Shown in pieces: positions 59,955 to 64,000 of a DNA stretch of 64,000 bases. The position numbers were made by a program, and so were the translations under genes. Within the stretch, counting starts at the first letter, position 1, and every line of letters starts with the position of its first letter. The stretch spans positions 1,240,001 through 1,304,000 of the forward strand of contig OZ037840.1 in assembly GCA_964035575.1 (NCBI GenBank), read 5' to 3'. The notes below the pieces were generated by a model, which worked only from the letters and a program-made list of their open reading frames with translations, made no database searches and had not been told where the DNA came from. Source of the stretch: Rhynchopus sp. YZ270_cl-10. Its lineage: Eukaryota.

Positions 59955-61519
59955 AAAAGGGTCCTTATTTGCATTTTTGGGCTCCGCCCGTGCAGTGGTG
60001 GGGTCAATCTCGAAAATTGGACAATTTTTTGATCACTTAAATTTTGAGAAATATGAGCCCGGTTCCTTATACGTGGGGCCCATTTTTGGCTAAAATTTTC
60101 CTCAAAATCTGGTTTTGTAAAATTGACCCTTTACTCCCCCCCCACATCGATTTCAATACTATACCTTACTTCACCTACGGTTACCCTTACAGGGGGGTGA
60201 AGGAAGGTAAGTTGAAAAGGGTCCTTATTTGCATTTTTGGGCTCCGCCCGTGCAGTGGTGGGGTCAATCTCGAAAATTGGACAATTTTTTGATCACTTAA
60301 ATTTTGAGAAATATGAGCCCGGTTCCTTATACGTGGGGCCCATTTTTGGCTAAAATTTTCCTCAAAATCTGGTTTTGTAAAATTGACCCTTTACTCCCCC
60401 CCCACATCGATTTCAATACTATACCTTACTTCACCTACGGTTACCCTTACAGGGGGGTGAAGGAAGGTAAGTTGAAAAAGGGTCCTTATTTGCATTTTTG
60501 GGCTCCGCCCGTGCAGTGGTGGGGTCAATCTCGAAAATTGGACAATTTTTTGATCACTTAAATTTTGAGAAATATGAGCCCGGTTCCTTATACGTGGGGC
60601 CCATTTTTGGCTAAAATTTTCCTCAAAATCTGGTTTTGTAAAATTGACCCTTTACTCCCCCCCCACATCGATTTCAATACTATACCTTACTTCACCTACG
60701 GTTACCCTTACAGGGGGGTGAAGGAAGGTAAGTTGAAAAAAGGGTCCTTATTTGCATTTTTGGGCTCCGCCCGTGCAGTGGTGGGGTCAATCTCGAAAAT
60801 TGGACAATTTTTTGATCACTTAAATTTTGAGAAATATGAGCCCGGTTCCTTATACGTGGGGCCCATTTTTGGCTAAAATTTTCCTCAAAATCTGGTTTTG
60901 TAAAATTGACCCTTTACTCCCCCCCCACATCGATTTCAATACTATACCTTACTTCACCTACGGTTACCCTTACAGGGGGGTGAAGGAAGGTAAGTTGAAA
61001 AGGGTCCTTATTTGCATTTTTGGGCTCCGCCCGTGCAGTGGTGGGGTCAATCTCGAAAATTGGACAATTTTTTGATCACTTAAATTTTGAGAAATATGAG
61101 CCCGGTTCCTTATACGTGGGGCCCATTTTTGGCTAAAATTTTCCTCAAAATCTGGTTTTGTAAAATTGACCCTTTACTCCCCCCCCACATCGATTTCAAT
61201 ACTATACCTTACTTCACCTACGGTTACCCTTACAGGGGGGTGAAGGAAGGTAAGTTGAAAAAAGGGTCCTTATTTGCATTTTTGGGCTCCGCCCGTGCAG
61301 TGGTGGGGTCAATCTCGAAAATTGGACAATTTTTTGATCACTTAAATTTTGAGAAATATGAGCCCGGTTCCTTATACGTGGGGCCCATTTTTGGCTAAAA
61401 TTTTCCTCAAAATCTGGTTTTGTAAAATTGACCCTTTACTCCCCCCCCACATCGATTTCAATACTATACCTTACTTCACCTACGGTTACCCTTACAGGGG
61501 GGTGAAGGAAGGTGAGTTG
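59955..61519 (+). repeat. Tandem array, ~261-bp unit x6
   Basis: AAAAGGGTCCTTATTTGC recurs at ~59955, 60216, 60476, 60738, 60998 and 61260; units differ mainly in A-run length. Confidence 0.95.
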
Positions 61520-61591
61520 AAAAAAAATTTTTTTTTTTCACAAGTGTTTTTGAGGCCTGCTCACTACACCCTAGGTACCCTTCTGAGACCA

Positions 61592-61622
<31 letters not shown>

Positions 61623-62604
61623 CCAAAAAATGCAAAAAAAAATGCAAAAATCGGGTGTTTTGACCATCTGTGGTTACACAAAACACACTTCTGTGTACAA
61701 GCCTACACCAATACAGTGGTAATACAAGGCGATTTTTGACCAAAAAAAAAATTTTTTTTTCGCCCAAAATCGGGCGTGGTACGTCATAAAATGGCCCAAA
61801 AAATCCAAGGAAAACCTTCGATTGGGCAAATTATGAAAAAAATTTTCAAGTCAAATTTTCAACCAAAATACGGTCATTTTGTTCACACAGTGATTCTACG
61901 TCATGCTAGCTTCCTGTGCAGAACTCCAGCAATTCACCAATGCCGGCATCTATCTTTCCATTATCGCCATTGCACTTCGTTCACGCCATTGCACTTCGGT
62001 CATTTTGTGCATACCCTGTGACTGTGGTGGCTAGAGAACACGCACATGCAGACCCGTTCCTTGCAATTTCCAGTGTTGTGTTTATCAATGCATGCATCCA
62101 GAGGACCTCTGGTTTACGAAATCGTAGGCACTCCTGTGCAAAAATGAAGTCGGTTTTTTGACCCAAAATCGGGGTGGGTGGGCCATAATTTGCTCCAAAT
62201 TTGGCCGAAAATTGGGATTTTTCTGAAAATTTTCATTGTGCCCAGCAAAAATCCTTGATTTTTTGAAGAATTTTCCAAAAAATATGCTATACCCCCTATG
62301 ACTGGACCCAACTCCCCTCACCCTTTTTTTCCCCTAAAAAAGCCCCCAAAATTCCTACCATTTTTGGTGTGGCAGCGGTTACTGGGGGGGTAAACCGGTA
62401 GAAACACGGTAGAAACACGGGGAATCGGTTGGGGGTTCCCTTTTTTGGAATTTTTTTTTTTGTTTTTTTACCAGGGGGCTTCTCTATGTTGTAGGCATAC
62501 AGAGGCACAGATTTGACAGACCGGAGCCGGAACTGGCTGGGATGTCACGGAACTGACAAAAAAAGTGGTTTTCGACCACGCAACTGTACTGTACTCCCAA
62601 TCCC

Positions 62605-62723
62605 CTGTGTATACTGTGTATACTGTGTATACTGTGTATACTGTGTATACTGTGTATACTGTGTATACTGTGTATACTGTGTATACTGTGTATACTGTGT
62701 ATACTGTGTATACTGTGTATACT
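62605..62723 (+). repeat. Short (ACTGTGTAT)n array
   Basis: Same 9-mer as 23064-23540, preceded by ACTGTACTGTACT at ~62583. Confidence 0.95.
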
Positions 62724-64000
62724 ACCTGTGTGTGACCATACCCCAGATGGTCTGAAGAGTGATCTGACCATATTCTCCAGGTACAATATATACCCGGAGA
62801 ATCCATTGGAGCAAGAATTTTGCACTTTTGAGCACCACAGATTACATACTGCCATTTTTGCGGCCATAATATTTTTGAAAATGGCAAAGACATTTCCTTA
62901 AGGAATTACAGGGAACCAGGGTCCCTCTCTCTATGGGTTCTGAGGTTTTAGTCACTCAACGAATCTGCTCGATTTTTTTTGACTGTAGATGGGAGGTACC
63001 CCAAAAAATCAATTAAAGCAAGAATTTTACAGTTTTGAATAGTTGTTCTTTATTTAGAAAAGTACCCAGTTTGGACAAAAATTTGGGATTGAGTGTTATA
63101 AATCTCTGATTTTTTTTCCAAATCTTGGGGTGGAAACTTTGGTACCTCACACGAGCCTCTGAGAGTGACCAGAAATGGCCTCATGAACAAAAGTGACCCC
63201 GTCACAGCCAGAACGCGACTCAATTGGTCAAACGCCGAAGGAAAAGGAAGCATGCAGCATGGCGAAATAATAAAAGTAGTGTACCGTGCGCCTGCGGCGC
63301 AAGATTGCAACCCACCCTTCCCATGATATACTTTTGCAGCAAAAATGTGCAATTTTAAGCGTAATTTTTAGAAATGTTGCGTACCGTGGCTTCGCCAGAA
63401 ACTTTCGTTTTAGAAAAACAGGGGAGTAAAATTACGGAAGCTGACCACAATTACCAGCGACAGTGCCGTTTTGTGTCAACTTTTTTTTAGAAATGTTGCG
63501 TACCGTGGCTTCGCTTTGGGTGCCGTGACCGCCCTTTCTTTGTTATAAATGTACTGAGGTAGGTAAAAGAGCTCGGAAATCCAATTCCTCTGGTTTTCGA
63601 ATTTTTTTACGTCTGTCCAAAAGCCGAAAACTTCAGTTTGCCAAATTTACAACCTTCTCCGGGGGGGGAGTAGGGGGGGTTTCTCAAAATCGGACGGATG
63701 ACATCCGTTGAAAGTAAAAAAGAGGCTTCCCTTCCTAGATGTGACTAGGCACGTGAGGCTTGGGATCATCTTTCAATACTTCTTCCTATTTTAGCGCACC
63801 TTTCGCCGCTTGAAGTCGTCCTGTGAGGTCTTAAGTTTACACATATTAGCGACTATTCTGTACTGTCGTCCTCTTATCCTTTTTACTAGCAACCTGCGAC
63901 CCTCGGGCGCATTGTTGTCTACAACAACTTCACATTACGTTGCAACTGTGTCTATCTTTTCTCGAGCACGGTTTGCAGCGCTTAAGACTAACAGGTGCAG

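Noticed and set aside
59955..61519. Regular repeat array as a CRISPR or a tandem gene array (MRNMSPVPY... ORFs)
   Set aside because: The units are identical with no unique spacers and no cas genes; the ORFs vary only by homopolymer slippage.
1..64000. tRNA, rRNA, spliced-leader RNA genes, telomeric repeats, Fanzor/TnpB
   Set aside because: No recognisable motifs found by eye; a covariance-model or HMM scan would be needed to exclude divergent copies.

Overview
This is a eukaryotic, transposon-saturated window with a few long intron-less genes. The architecture suggests a euglenozoan protist, possibly a diplonemid, but this is inference only. Host genes form two paralogous pairs of membrane proteins with degenerate class III nucleotide-cyclase-like domains. 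(i) 24513-27419 and 49223-52165 are single-pass receptors whose ectodomain is a 5'-nucleotidase fold lacking recognisable catalytic motifs; the two copies share a near-identical ectodomain but carry different cyclase-like tails. (ii) 33817-35550 and 36583-38288 are multi-TM proteins; the second is frameshifted by a 34-bp deletion. Mobile DNA includes an apparently intact hAT transposon (6754-10566; TIRs, 8-bp TSD, Ala-Glu tract in the transposase), a Pif1/Helitron-like helicase with one in-frame TAG, an Ingi-like LINE 3' fragment with RNase H and poly(A), and other degenerate RT fragments. Many nested non-autonomous TIR elements have readable TSDs (8 bp, TTA/TAA, TA, 9 bp). There is also a ~1.5-kb foldback palindrome split by a Harbinger-type insertion, a family of ACTGT-core satellites, a ~261-bp tandem array, and a pervasive dispersed c-GNA-g mini-hairpin motif. 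No rRNA, tRNA or CRISPR array could be supported.
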